Shown: positions 39,519-49,731, numbered from the stretch's first letter. The stretch: 64,000 nucleotides of DNA from Candidatus Marinacidobacterales bacterium (GCA_965224085.1 CBDCYI010000011.1:1-64000); one strand, 5' to 3'. Program-made: numbers and translations. Notes: generated by a model not told the origin, from the sequence alone.

Positions 39519-41093
39519 CGGAGCCGTAGACGCACTTCGAAGCCCGCCCCCCCCGAGAGACGACGCTTGGGCGCGGATCGACCCTCCACGACGCTCCAGA
39601 ATGGCTTTGACGATCGCAAGCCCGAGCCCGGTATGATCCCCGCGGCGGCTCGCGTTCGTCCGGTAGCTGAAGAAGCGGTCGAAGACGCGCTCCGCGTGCT
39701 CTTCCGGAATGCCTGGGCCGTCGTCTTCCACGAGCACCACTGCCTCGCGACCCTTCGCCTTCGAGCTTACACGTACGTGGCCTTTGCTCGAGAAGTCGGC
39801 AGCATTGTCGATGAGGTTCTCGAACACGCGCGCCATGCGATCGGGACCGGCGGCAACGGTAAGCTCAGCGTCGCTGAGTGCAAGCTCGAGCTCGAGGCTC
39901 CGGTAGCGCTCTCGCTCCGCCACGCCGCGCAAAAGCACGTTGAGGTCGACCGGTCCCGGCTCTTCGTCTTTGTCGTCGCTCGTCCCGTCGAGCAGCGTGA
40001 CTTCCCGCACTTCGGAGAGCAGCTTTTCGAGCCGGGCGATGTCGCTCTCGACGATGCGGGCAAACCGCGCGCGCTCTTCGGGGTCTTCGACTTCGGCGAG
40101 CACCTCCGCGGCGGAGCGCATCGACGCGAGGGGATTCTTGAACTCGTGAGAAACGTCGGCGGCGAAGGACTCGATGAAACGCATCCGCTCTTCGAGCCGC
40201 GACGAGAGCTCGGAAAGAGCGCGGCTCAAATCGCCGATCTCGTCGAGGCGCGCGGACCCGCTAAAACGTCCTCTCAACCGGCCGCGTCGATCGACGATCG
40301 CCTGCGCTTGTGCCCGCAATCGTTTCAAGGGACTCGAGATCGTCGTCGAGACCAGAAGGCTCAAAACGGCGGCGACACCGACAGCGCCGAGCAGAAAGCG
40401 AAAGATCGCGAGGCGGACTTCGTAGAGGTCTTGAAGAATGTGAAAGGTCGAGCGCGAGACGAGCACGGCGCCCACGATCTCGCCTGTGTTCTCGATCGGA
40501 AGCGCGCTGTAGAGCGTGACCGAGCGCTGGCCTCCCGTTGTTACCCGGGTGGCGGCGCCGTATTGCCCTTTCAAAGCGAGCTGGACTTCCGCGCCGTCGA
40601 ACGGTCGCTCGGCCGAGTAGAACTCTTCACCGATGGCGGGTCTGGGTCCGCTCACGACGTAGTCGACGAGGCGGAAGAGTGACGAACCGATCCGGTAGAG
40701 CCAGCTCGTGCGCAGGCTCTCGTCATCTAGAGTGTCGTCGAGTGTTTTAGGCTCCCGCCGTGGCCCGAGTTGGCTCGTGTCCAAGACGAGCCGCCGGTCG
40801 GGACCGATCACGCGGAGTCGCGATGTGGTGCGCTGCCGTAGGCGTACGAGAATTGGCTCGACAAGAGCAGCGTCGAGAGTGTCGCGCTCGGAGAGCGCGG
40901 CCGCGAGTACGCGGCCCTGCTGCACCATCGAGCGCTCCTGAGCTCTCAAGAGCTGCCGCTCGAAGATAGTGAGATAAGACACGCCGGCGACAGGGAGAAA
41001 AACGAGGAGAACGTTGAACGCTAGAAGGCGAATCGAGATCCGGGAGAGAAAGCGGCGCAGGCTGGTCAAAGCACTTTCAGTCTTCGCACTCAC
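39471..41093 (-). CDS. ChvG-like HAMP sensor histidine kinase; G8 frameshift at the C-terminus
   Basis: DVSHEFKNPL, NLIDNA, DDGPGI, TGLGLAI; with G7 it ends GGAGFEVRLRLR* at 39515. Confidence 0.9.
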   Translation of the reverse strand: MSAKTESALTSLRRFLSRISIRLLAFNVLLVFLPVAGVSYLTIFERQLLRAQERSMVQQGRVLAAALSERDTLDAALVEPILVRLRQRTTSRLRVIGPDRRLVLDTSQLGPRREPKTLDDTLDDESLRTSWLYRIGSSLFRLVDYVVSGPRPAIGEEFYSAERPFDGAEVQLALKGQYGAATRVTTGGQRSVTLYSALPIENTGEIVGAVLVSRSTFHILQDLYEVRLAIFRFLLGAVGVAAVLSLLVSTTISSPLKRLRAQAQAIVDRRGRLRGRFSGSARLDEIGDLSRALSELSSRLEERMRFIESFAADVSHEFKNPLASMRSAAEVLAEVEDPEERARFARIVESDIARLEKLLSEVREVTLLDGTSDDKDEEPGPVDLNVLLRGVAERERYRSLELELALSDAELTVAAGPDRMARVFENLIDNAADFSSKGHVRVSSKAKGREAVVLVEDDGPGIPEEHAERVFDRFFSYRTNASRRGDHTGLGLAIVKAILERRGGSIRAQASSLGGGGLRSASTAPLGNQRTSELVQKAAI

Positions 41094-41793
41094 GATAGCG
41101 GTAGCCTAGCCCATAGACCGTGTCGATCTCACTGAATGCGTCATCGATTTGAGCGAACTTTTTGCGAAGTCTCTTCACGTGGCTGTCGATCGTCCGCTCG
41201 CTGACATAGGCGTCGTGCGGGTAGCACTCTTCCATGAGCCGGGCTCGCGACTTGACGTGGCCGGGCCGGCGCGCGAGGGCATGGAGCAGCGTGAACTCGG
41301 TGACGGTGAGCGTGAGAGGCTCGCCTCTCCACGTCGCTTGATAGCGCCCCATATCGAGCGCAAGCGGCCCGAGGCTCACACGTTCCTCGGGAGCGGTGGC
41401 GGCGCCGGCTCCCACGAGCGCGAGCCTGCGGAAGAGCACTTTGATGCGCGCGACGAGCTCGCGCATCGCGAAAGGCTTGCACAAATAGTCGTCGGCGCCG
41501 AGCTCGAGCCCGAGCACGCGGTCGAACTCCTCATCCTTCGAGGTCAAGAAGATGATGGGAAGCATCTCGGATTGGCCGCGCAGCTTGCGGCAAAGCTCGA
41601 GCCCGTCCATGCGCGGCATCAATATGTCGAGCACGCAGAGATCGGGGAGCACGTTTTGAAGCTGCTCCCACGCGTTCAGGCCATCCGTGTAGAGATCAAC
41701 ATGGTAGCCCTCCCGGCGGAGCGCGTAGGCGACCGTATCGCGAATGTTCTCTTCGTCGTCGACAACGGCCACCGAACCGGTGTTTTTGTCCAT
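41077..41793 (-). CDS. ChvI-like OmpR family response regulator
   Basis: VDDEENI, LDILMPRMDG, TSKDEEFD, LTVTEF, RPGHVKSR, RTIDSHVKRLRKKF. Confidence 0.92.
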   Translation of the reverse strand: MDKNTGSVAVVDDEENIRDTVAYALRREGYHVDLYTDGLNAWEQLQNVLPDLCVLDILMPRMDGLELCRKLRGQSEMLPIIFLTSKDEEFDRVLGLELGADDYLCKPFAMRELVARIKVLFRRLALVGAGAATAPEERVSLGPLALDMGRYQATWRGEPLTLTVTEFTLLHALARRPGHVKSRARLMEECYPHDAYVSERTIDSHVKRLRKKFAQIDDAFSEIDTVYGLGYRYRECED

Positions 41794-41940
41794 GTAATTC
41801 CAATGTAGCGCATGAGATCGATGACGGCTACCCGCGACACAGGTTTGCCACATTGTTTCATCGTATCGCCTCGATGCCGTCGCAAGCTCCACGCATCGGA
41901 ACGTTCAAATAGATCCATGAACGCGAGGGGGAGGACCACG

Positions 41941-44049
41941 ATGCCGAAGACGAAATCTTTCCTGATGGTGCTGGCGCTTCTGGCGCTAGCGACAGAAAGC
42001 CAAGCGTGGCGACCGCGATCCCAAGTCGTCACTCCAGCCGATATGAAGATGGGCAGCCTCCTGCTCCGTCCGGACATGGACCGAGGCTATGTGCAAGCAC
42101 CGACAGTCGAAACGAAAGTGCGGATTCGCGTCACTGGCCTCGTCGGGCGCACGCGCGTCGTGCAACAGTTTCGCAACCCGTCGGACGAGTGGGTCGAAGG
42201 CGTCTACGTCTTTCCGCTCCCTGTACGCGCCGCCGTGGACACGCTTCGCATGAAGGTGGGGGAACGGGTCATCGAAGGACAGATCCAGGAAAGAGCCCAA
42301 GCGCGCCGGACCTACGAAAAGGCCAAACGGGAAGGGAAGAAAGCGACTCTTGTCGAGCAGGAGAGGCCGAACATCTTCACAGTCTCGCTCGCCCATATCG
42401 GACCTCTGGAGAGCGTGCTGATCGAGCTCGAATATCAGGAGGAAGTCCGTTACGAGGCCGGCCGCTTCGATCTTCGCTTCCCGATGGTGGTAGGCCCTCG
42501 TTACATTCCTGGAATTCCCGCGAGGACCGAGACGGTCTCCTTCAAGGGTACGGGCTGGGCGCAGCCGACGCGCGCCGTCACGGATGCCGACCGGGTAACA
42601 CCGCCGGTGCTGCCACCGAGCTCACGTCGCGAGAACCCCGTCGAGCTCGACATCGAGCTGTATCTCGGGATGCCGCTCGCAAGCGTCAAGTCGTCCTCAC
42701 ATGCTTTGAAGGTGGAGCACCAAGTAGGGTTCGGTTACCACGTGACGCCCAGGGATGGGGCGGTGCCGGCAGATCGGGATTTCACCCTCAGCTGGGCTCC
42801 GGATGTCGGTGCCGCCCCAAGGGCCGCGCTCTTCACCGAAAGCGTCGACGGCGATAACTACGTGCTTTTGATGCTGATGCCGCCTTCAGACGGCCAGAAG
42901 ACGGCGCGTCTTCCACGCGAGACGATCTTCGTGATTGACACCTCGGGCTCGATGCACGGCACTTCGATCGAGCAAGCGCGCGGCGCTCTACTCGAAGCAC
43001 TCGATAGGCTTCAGCCGGACGACACGTTCAATGTGATCCAGTTCAACGCGTCGACGTCGAAGCTCAACCATCAGCCCGTGCCCGCCACCCCCGACGCGGT
43101 AGAGCGCGCGCGCAACTACGTCCGAGGGCTCGAAGCGAGGGGCGGCACCGAGATGATGTCGGCTTTGACGGCCGCCTTCGGCCAACGAAGCCCTCCCGAG
43201 TTGCATCGTGTCGGGCGTGTCCAGCAAATCATTTTCATAACGGATGGTAGCGTTGGGAATGAGCCCGAGCTCTTCGGTCATATTCAATCTCATCTTGGAG
43301 AGCGGCGCCTTTTCACCGTCGGCATCGGCTCGGCGCCGAACGCACACTTCATGACCCGTGCCGCGAAGTTCGGCCGTGGCACATTCACTTATGTCAGCAC
43401 CGCGGCCGAAGTGTCGACCAAGATGGAAGAGCTGTTCGAAAAGCTCGAGAGCCCCGTGCTGAGCCACATCGAGCTCGGCTTCGAGGACAAGACCGCCGAG
43501 GTTTGGCCCCGGGACGTTCCCGATCTATATGCGGGCGAGCCCATCGTGGTGGCGGCGAAGGTGCGCGGTTTTGCGAGCGGGCTCGACGTGCGCGGTCGAC
43601 GCGGAGAAGAGCCGTGGGGCATCGGTTTTCAGCTGCGCGGCGGCAAGACTCAATCCGGAGTCGCGGGACTCTGGGCCCGCCGCAAGATTGCGGACCTCAT
43701 GGACACGATGACGGTCGCGAAGGAAGTTCCGGAACGCGACGCGGCCCGCGCCGGCATCGTTGACGTCGCTCTTCAGCATCATCTCGTGTCACGCTTCACA
43801 AGCCTCGTGGCCGTCGACGTCACGCCGTCCGCCCCGCCCGGCACGACGGCGATGACAAAGGCGGTGCCCACAGAGCTTCCCGCCGGTTGGAGCCATCAGC
43901 ATGTAGTGGGGACGTTGCCTCAGGGAGCGACGGCGGCGGAGCTTCTGATGCTGCTCGGGTTTCTCGCCCTCGTCACGGGGGTTCTGATCTTTTGGAGCGG
44001 GGATAGGTCATGCAAAGAAAAGCGGTCGGTGTTCTCCTCCTTGCCATAG
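41941..44049 (+). CDS. VIT-VWA sortase target protein (marine proteobacterial type)
   Basis: Signal peptide, VIT (EGVYVFPLP), VWA MIDAS DTSGSM, C-terminal LPQGAT + TM + basic residues. Confidence 0.92.
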   Translation: MPKTKSFLMVLALLALATESQAWRPRSQVVTPADMKMGSLLLRPDMDRGYVQAPTVETKVRIRVTGLVGRTRVVQQFRNPSDEWVEGVYVFPLPVRAAVDTLRMKVGERVIEGQIQERAQARRTYEKAKREGKKATLVEQERPNIFTVSLAHIGPLESVLIELEYQEEVRYEAGRFDLRFPMVVGPRYIPGIPARTETVSFKGTGWAQPTRAVTDADRVTPPVLPPSSRRENPVELDIELYLGMPLASVKSSSHALKVEHQVGFGYHVTPRDGAVPADRDFTLSWAPDVGAAPRAALFTESVDGDNYVLLMLMPPSDGQKTARLPRETIFVIDTSGSMHGTSIEQARGALLEALDRLQPDDTFNVIQFNASTSKLNHQPVPATPDAVERARNYVRGLEARGGTEMMSALTAAFGQRSPPELHRVGRVQQIIFITDGSVGNEPELFGHIQSHLGERRLFTVGIGSAPNAHFMTRAAKFGRGTFTYVSTAAEVSTKMEELFEKLESPVLSHIELGFEDKTAEVWPRDVPDLYAGEPIVVAAKVRGFASGLDVRGRRGEEPWGIGFQLRGGKTQSGVAGLWARRKIADLMDTMTVAKEVPERDAARAGIVDVALQHHLVSRFTSLVAVDVTPSAPPGTTAMTKAVPTELPAGWSHQHVVGTLPQGATAAELLMLLGFLALVTGVLIFWSGDRSCKEKRSVFSSLP

Positions 44050-44573
44050 CCCTCGCCTTCATCGGCCAAAGCGTGTGGATGGACGCGAAGGCTCGGTTGG
44101 CTCAAGTGCTACTGGCACGGGCGTGGCAGGAACGGGTCGCGGGCACGCCCGAGCCGAAGCCCTGGCCTTGGGCCGACACCTGGCCGGTGGCGCTCTTGCG
44201 GGCGCCCCGGCTGGGTGCGAGACAGATAATACTTGCCGGCGCGAGCGGTCGGAACATGGCTTTCGGGCCGACCCATCTCTCGAGCTCCGCACGGCCGGGA
44301 GCCGACACGAACGTCGTCGTGAGCGGACATCGCGATACGCATTTTGCGTTTCTCGAGCATCTCGAGATAGGCGACGAGATCGTTATCGAGACTTCGGGCG
44401 AGCTTGAGCATCGCTACGCCGTAACGGGCGTGGGGGTCGTGGACGAACGCGACACGTGGGTCGCGGAGCCAACAGACGACAAGATGCTCACCCTCGTGAC
44501 CTGCTACCCGTTCGACGCGATCATCCCGGGCGGGCCCGAGCGCTATGTTGTTCGGGCGACCGCCTATCCGTGA
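44010..44573 (+). CDS. Class GN sortase
   Basis: AKARLAQVLL, PWPWADTWP, SGHRDTHF, TLVTCYPF, RYVVRA. Confidence 0.93.
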   Translation: MQRKAVGVLLLAIALAFIGQSVWMDAKARLAQVLLARAWQERVAGTPEPKPWPWADTWPVALLRAPRLGARQIILAGASGRNMAFGPTHLSSSARPGADTNVVVSGHRDTHFAFLEHLEIGDEIVIETSGELEHRYAVTGVGVVDERDTWVAEPTDDKMLTLVTCYPFDAIIPGGPERYVVRATAYP

Positions 44574-44619
44574 GCGGTTAGAAGCAGAACGAGAAGATGG
44601 GACACGGCGGGCTTTCGGA

Positions 44620-44907
44620 CTACGCGCCTTCGACGACGACGAAGTGGCCGGTGGCGGCGCCTTCGCGGGCCGCTTTAGCCTCCCGATATTCGGGCGAGTC
44701 GTAGAACTTCTTCGCCTGCTCGAGCGTGGTGAAGGCGACGATGACGACACGCGCCGTCTCTTCGCTGCCCTCGAGCGTTTCCGTGCGTCCGCCGCGCGCG
44801 AGGTAGCGGCCGTCATATTTGGCGATCGCCACGGCGGCGAGCTTCTTGTAACCCTCGTAAGCTTCCGGGTTCGTCACGTGAACGCGTGCGATGAGATAGG
44901 CGGCCAT
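44620..44907 (-). CDS. DUF1330 protein
   Basis: MAAYLIA...YDGRYLARGG...FYDSPEY...VEG. Confidence 0.9.
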   Translation of the reverse strand: MAAYLIARVHVTNPEAYEGYKKLAAVAIAKYDGRYLARGGRTETLEGSEETARVVIVAFTTLEQAKKFYDSPEYREAKAAREGAATGHFVVVEGA

Positions 44908-44927
44908 TTCGGGAATCTCCGTCTTGA

Positions 44928-45341
44928 TTACGGATAAGTCGCGATCACGTCGATACTGATCCCGCCGCGTGGCGTGAAGCGTCCCGTGACTGTGGCTCGG
45001 CGCGGCGCGCAAGCCTCGACCATATCGTCGAGGATTAAGTTGACGATGGCTTCGCCGAAGCTTCCGTGGTTCCTAAACGAAAACAAATAGAGCTTCAAAG
45101 ACTTGCTCTCGATGCAGCGCTCGTTCGGCACGTATTCGATCGTGATGTGGCCGAAATCCGGCTGAGAGGTGATGGGGCACACGGAGGTGAACTCGGGGCA
45201 GTCGAAACGTATGACGTAGTCACGCTCCGGGTAGGCATTTTCGAAAGTCTCGAGCTTGGCTTCATCGGGTGAGGTTGGGTAGGCGCGATCGCTGCTTCCG
45301 AGAAGCGTCAAGCCTTCGTAGACTTTCTTTTCGTCGTTCAT
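44928..45341 (-). CDS. queF: preQ1 synthase (7-cyano-7-deazaguanine reductase)
   Basis: EFTSVCPITSQPDFG, ESKSLKLYL, FTPRGGI. Confidence 0.93.
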   Translation of the reverse strand: MNDEKKVYEGLTLLGSSDRAYPTSPDEAKLETFENAYPERDYVIRFDCPEFTSVCPITSQPDFGHITIEYVPNERCIESKSLKLYLFSFRNHGSFGEAIVNLILDDMVEACAPRRATVTGRFTPRGGISIDVIATYP

Positions 45342-45370
45342 CGAGCCCGATCCTACCATGTCACATAACG

Positions 45371-45399
45371 TTGACAAGGGGGAGGTGCTCCTATATTCT
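45371..45399 (+). promoter_or_regulatory. Sigma70 promoter of the radical SAM gene
   Basis: TTGACA-17 nt-TATTCT upstream of SD GGAG and ATG 45458. Confidence 0.6.
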
Positions 45400-45457
45400 C
45401 ACTCTTCCTTCGCTGGATGGTCCCAGTCCGATTTTCACAATTCATTACGGAGACGGC

Positions 45458-46984
45458 ATGAGCGTCCATTTGATAAACCCAAGCGACACTTCTTTTGGTA
45501 TCGGCATCATCGTTCCTCGCTGGCTCTACGTGATCGCGTCGGCGACACCGGGCGGTTTCGGAACGCCGAATATCGTAGATGAGACGCTCGATCCGATGGA
45601 CTATTCCAAGATCCAGCCAGGCGACATCGTGGGCATCGGTATCCACACGTTGAATGCGCTACGAGGCTACGAGGTCGGGCGAAAAGCGCGCGAGCGTGGT
45701 GCCTATGTTGTGTTCGGCGGCTCGCATGTGACGCTCTACCCGGAAGAAGCGTTCGAGCATGGCGGCGCGACCGCGGTCGTGAAGGGCGACGGTGACAAAA
45801 TCTGGAGTCAGGTGCTCGATGATATCGATAGGGGTGAGCCGGGACGGATCTACGACGGCGGCCGCATAGAAGGGGACTCCTTCCTCCCGGCGCGTTGGGA
45901 TTTGATGCCATCGGAGAGCTACATGATCGCCTCGGTGCAGACGGTGCGCGGTTGTCCGAAACACTGCTCCTTTTGCTCGGTATGGCGCACTGACGGGCAA
46001 AGGCCGCGGCAGCGCGCCTCGGACGTCGTTGTCCAAGAGGTCGTCGAGCTGCGAAGGAAAGGATTTCGTTTCATACTTCTCGCCGACGACAACTTCTACC
46101 CCGTCACGCAGCATGACGTCGAGCTCGAGGAGCGCCGGAACGGCGCGCGTGTGGAAGAGCTGAAAGCTATCCGCGCGGAGCGTTTCGAGCTCTTGAATCG
46201 CCTCGCGGAGCTTCCGCACGACATGGTCTTTTTAACGCAGATTACGATGGAAGCCGCGGACGATGAGGAATATCTCGATGCGATGAAACGTGCGCACGTG
46301 AAAGGGGCGCTCGTCGGTGTCGAGTCGGTGACGGAAGAAGGTCTGAAGGCTGTATTCAAGGATTTCAACGTCGCGGGAGACGCTCTCGTCGACCGGCTCC
46401 GCAAGTTTGTCGACCACGACGTCCACATCCTCGGCTCTTTCATCTTTGGGCTTTCGACGGATCGCGACGACACGTTCGACGCGACCGCCGACCTCGCTGC
46501 CCAGGCAGGGCTCGATTTCGCTCAGTTCTTGACTTTGACCCCGTTTCCAGGAACGGTCGACTTCAAGAAATGGGAGGACGAGATCGATCAGTCCAAAGAG
46601 ACTGTAGACGGGATCCCGCTGAACCGGTTCTGGCTCATTCCGCGGAGCAAACGCCCCAAGCTCTACCTCCCGCATCCAACAATGTCGCCGTACGAGATGC
46701 GGATGAAAACGAAGGCAGTCTGGAACAAGTTCTATAGCCTGCCGAATGTGTGGAAGCGCTCTCGGGTCACCAACAAGCTGCGCGACCGGCTGGCCTATGT
46801 TTTGATTTCGTTACTTTTCCCCCAGATGTACGCGAACACGGGGCTCGCCACCGATAGCGCTCGCGCCCGAGCGCGCCAGTGGGCGAAGTTGATCGCGAAA
46901 CCGTGCCGCCGGGTCTTCACCGCAAAACCGATGCCCGATCTGCAGGTCCCGGCGGTCAAGCCGCCGCGGCCTCAATACGTCTGA
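45458..46984 (+). CDS. B12-binding-domain radical SAM protein
   Basis: VVFGGSH, RGCPKHCSFC, ADDNF, GVES, GSFIFG, TPFPGT. Confidence 0.88.
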   Translation: MSVHLINPSDTSFGIGIIVPRWLYVIASATPGGFGTPNIVDETLDPMDYSKIQPGDIVGIGIHTLNALRGYEVGRKARERGAYVVFGGSHVTLYPEEAFEHGGATAVVKGDGDKIWSQVLDDIDRGEPGRIYDGGRIEGDSFLPARWDLMPSESYMIASVQTVRGCPKHCSFCSVWRTDGQRPRQRASDVVVQEVVELRRKGFRFILLADDNFYPVTQHDVELEERRNGARVEELKAIRAERFELLNRLAELPHDMVFLTQITMEAADDEEYLDAMKRAHVKGALVGVESVTEEGLKAVFKDFNVAGDALVDRLRKFVDHDVHILGSFIFGLSTDRDDTFDATADLAAQAGLDFAQFLTLTPFPGTVDFKKWEDEIDQSKETVDGIPLNRFWLIPRSKRPKLYLPHPTMSPYEMRMKTKAVWNKFYSLPNVWKRSRVTNKLRDRLAYVLISLLFPQMYANTGLATDSARARARQWAKLIAKPCRRVFTAKPMPDLQVPAVKPPRPQYV

Positions 46985-47074
46985 TTCGATCTCCTAGGCC
47001 GCCGAATTACGACTCGGGGTGTCGGTGGTAGACCTTGTCTGTAATCGTCCAGCCGTCGGCGAGCTTCATCAGCG

Positions 47075-47990
47075 ACAAGTAGAGTCCAACGTGACGATCC
47101 TGCCGTCCGGGGTCGCGATGGGCAGCTCACCGAGACGGTGCGTGCGGTGGGTGTCGGCGTCGGGGTCATTAAGGTCCGACATGACCCGGATGTCGATTTC
47201 TCGGCCGTTCAGCTGGTAGTCGCTCGCTTTCGCGCCGTCGATGAGTGCACTGACGGCAAAGCCGCGCTCGCGGTTCGACAGCCCGAGCTCTGCCGCGCGG
47301 CGGCGGTGGGTGACGACCCCGATTTCAGGATTGTCGAGCGTGAGCCCAGGGATCGGACGGCCTTGCGAACCGGGCAGCTCTTGCCGGACTTAGCCGAAAA
47401 TCTCCTGGCCGAGCGTCATCAGCTTGGAAAGCTCGGGCCCTACAATATTGATATCGATGTTCCGGCCCTCGTCGAAGCCGCGCTGAAAGATGCTGCTCTG
47501 GTTGACGATGACGAAGGTCCCTGGAATCTCCGCGCCCACGGCCATGATCGGCGGGATGAGCTCCCGCACCCGAAGCGGGTCGCGCGCGTTGACGCCGATG
47601 AACGCTTCGTTCGGGAGCGCGACGAACCAGAACCCGCGCATGCCGCCGCCCGGTTGCGCCTCTGCTTCGGCGGAGCCGGGCTCGGACCCCCACAGAGGCC
47701 GCAAGGCGTCTTCGTAATAACTTTGAGCCGGGCGGCGGGATCATGACGCCGAACAAGAAATTGTTGTTCCCGACGGGCAGATATTTGGTCTTCGGCATCA
47801 AAAGCCAGCTTCCGCCCACGGCGATGACGGTGAAGATGGCGGATCGTGTTGAGCGCGATGACTTGCTCGCCGGTGCGAAAGACTTTGGCTCCGGGTTTGC
47901 GGTAGCCGAGCTCGGCGCGGCCGACATCGCGCAGATAAATGGGGACGCCGTCGCGAACGGCGATGACGATGTCCTCCACTTCTTCGGGTG
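47075..47990 (-). pseudogene. Decayed AcrB-type RND permease with internal deletions and an in-frame stop
   Basis: IVIAVRDGVPIYLRDVG, then YLPVGN...IPPPG, TAA at 47390, RAAELGLS, LPIATPDG, in several frames. Confidence 0.8.
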
Positions 47991-48077
47991 AGATATTCGA
48001 ATAGCTTATGGAACTCAGATGTAGAATGCACCGACGGAATGGGACCTATTAGTAGGTCAGTTTCAGTGACCTGAAGC

Positions 48078-48112
48078 AAAAAAAAATGGGATGGCCAATG
48101 CCATCCCATTTT
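48078..48112 (-). terminator. Intrinsic terminator after the KamA-like gene
   Basis: TGGGATGGC-caat-GCCATCCCA hairpin with a T9 tail on the minus strand. Confidence 0.85.
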
Positions 48113-48127
48113 AGCAACCAGTTGATT

Positions 48128-49501
48128 CTAAATGCTTTGTTCTGTTAGCGCCTCCTGGAGCCTGCGAAACTCGGACTCGAAGAAGAACTCCCTCTTGCCA
48201 AAGGCGGGCTCCAGGTCGTCGAGCCAGCTCGCTTCAGGATCGTAGCTGGCGAAGAACGGACGCCCCACCCAATCGGGGTTCCGACCTTGAAGTAGCTTGA
48301 GGACGAATACCTTTTCGCCTCCGATCTCGGTCACGCCGTCCACAACGACCTTGCCGGGTGACGCCGACATCGAAGGTCCTCGGACCGTGCGCGCGAGTCC
48401 GGAAATTCGCCGGTAGGCCTCGGTGTAGACGCGAAGGGCTTTGGCGAGCGGGATGGCGAAGTAGTTCTGCGCGCCCGTGTCCCGCTCCACGAACATGTAG
48501 TACGGAACGGCGCCGAGCTTGACTTGTTCGGTCCACATCCGCGCCCACACGTCGGCGTTGTCATTCACGTGGGAGATGATGGGCGCTTGGCAGCGGATGA
48601 CCGCCCCAGTCGAGCGCACGCGACGGATCGCCTCCTGTGCGACGTAGGTCTCGAACTCCCGAGGATGCGAGCAATGAGCCATGAGCGCGAGGTTCGTGCC
48701 GGCTTCGCTTACCTCTTCAAACAGGCGCAGCAGATCGTCAGCGTCGTCATCAGTGACGAATTTATAGGGCCAATAGGCGAGGGCTTTGCTGCCGATGCGG
48801 ATGCTCTCCAAGTGCTCGAGCGAGGGGTCGAGCAATGGCTCGATATAGCGACGGAGCACCTTCGACTTCATCACAAGCGGGTCGCCGCCCGTAAAGAGGA
48901 TGCTGCGTACTTCTTTGTGCTGGCGCACATATTCGACGAGCTTGTCGGCCTGCTGTGCCGCGAATTTGAGCTCGTTGATGCCGACGAACTGGGCCCATCG
49001 GAAGCAATAGGTGCAATAGGCGTGGCACGTCTGGCCGGCGGCGGGGAAAAAGAGCACCGTCTCCCGGTATTTATGCTGCATGCCGTCAAGCGCCTGATGG
49101 TCCATTTTCGGGACGTTCAGCTCCATTTGTCCGGCTGGATGCGGGTTCAGCGCGTGCTGAATCGTTCGAGCCGCGTTCCTGATGTCTTCCGCGGTCGCGT
49201 CTTGCTGCACGAGGGCGCGCATGTGCGCGAAATCCCCGTCCTTCAGCATGCCGGGCTGGGGAAACGTCAACTGGTAAATCGGGTCATCGGGGATGTTGTT
49301 CCAGTCGATGAGATCCTGGATGACGTAATTGTTCACGCGGAATGGCAACACGGCGGAAACCGCCTTCATGTCCAGACGCTGCTCTTTGGAAAGGATCCGA
49401 AGCTCCGGGATGTCGTCGATGTCCTTTCGTATGTAGACTTTGAACCCTACCCGGGTGGTCTCGTCTTCGAAGACCTCGAGATCGGTGGAAACTACCGCCA
49501 T
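48128..49501 (-). CDS. KamA family radical SAM 2,3-aminomutase-like protein
   Basis: HKYRETVL, CHAYCTYCFRW, FTGGDP, PYYMF, SASPGK. Confidence 0.88.
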   Translation of the reverse strand: MAVVSTDLEVFEDETTRVGFKVYIRKDIDDIPELRILSKEQRLDMKAVSAVLPFRVNNYVIQDLIDWNNIPDDPIYQLTFPQPGMLKDGDFAHMRALVQQDATAEDIRNAARTIQHALNPHPAGQMELNVPKMDHQALDGMQHKYRETVLFFPAAGQTCHAYCTYCFRWAQFVGINELKFAAQQADKLVEYVRQHKEVRSILFTGGDPLVMKSKVLRRYIEPLLDPSLEHLESIRIGSKALAYWPYKFVTDDDADDLLRLFEEVSEAGTNLALMAHCSHPREFETYVAQEAIRRVRSTGAVIRCQAPIISHVNDNADVWARMWTEQVKLGAVPYYMFVERDTGAQNYFAIPLAKALRVYTEAYRRISGLARTVRGPSMSASPGKVVVDGVTEIGGEKVFVLKLLQGRNPDWVGRPFFASYDPEASWLDDLEPAFGKREFFFESEFRRLQEALTEQSI

Positions 49502-49731
49502 TCACACCTCCTGTCATTCGCCTGCGCCCCGCTCACTTGGGCTCCCCGGCCCAAATTAAGCTCGACCCACGGGCGCCGTTTGTCGTACCGTGTTGCTCCC
49601 CGCAAAGTTGAGGCTCAGCGAGCTTCTTCGGGAGCCAAATGCTTCGGGGGGCGCCTACCGTGGTTCGGGCGAACTATATCAGAGTTCCGGCACGGTTGTC
49701 AACTTCTGATCATTGTCTATATGACTTAAGC

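Noticed and set aside
45342-45457. preQ1 or cobalamin riboswitch between queF and the radical SAM gene
   Set aside because: The gap is short and filled by two promoter-like elements; no aptamer motifs seen.
45458-46984. Calling the radical SAM a hopanoid methylase (hpnP/hpnR)
   Set aside because: The domain layout is shared by many B12 radical SAM enzymes and there is no hopanoid gene context.
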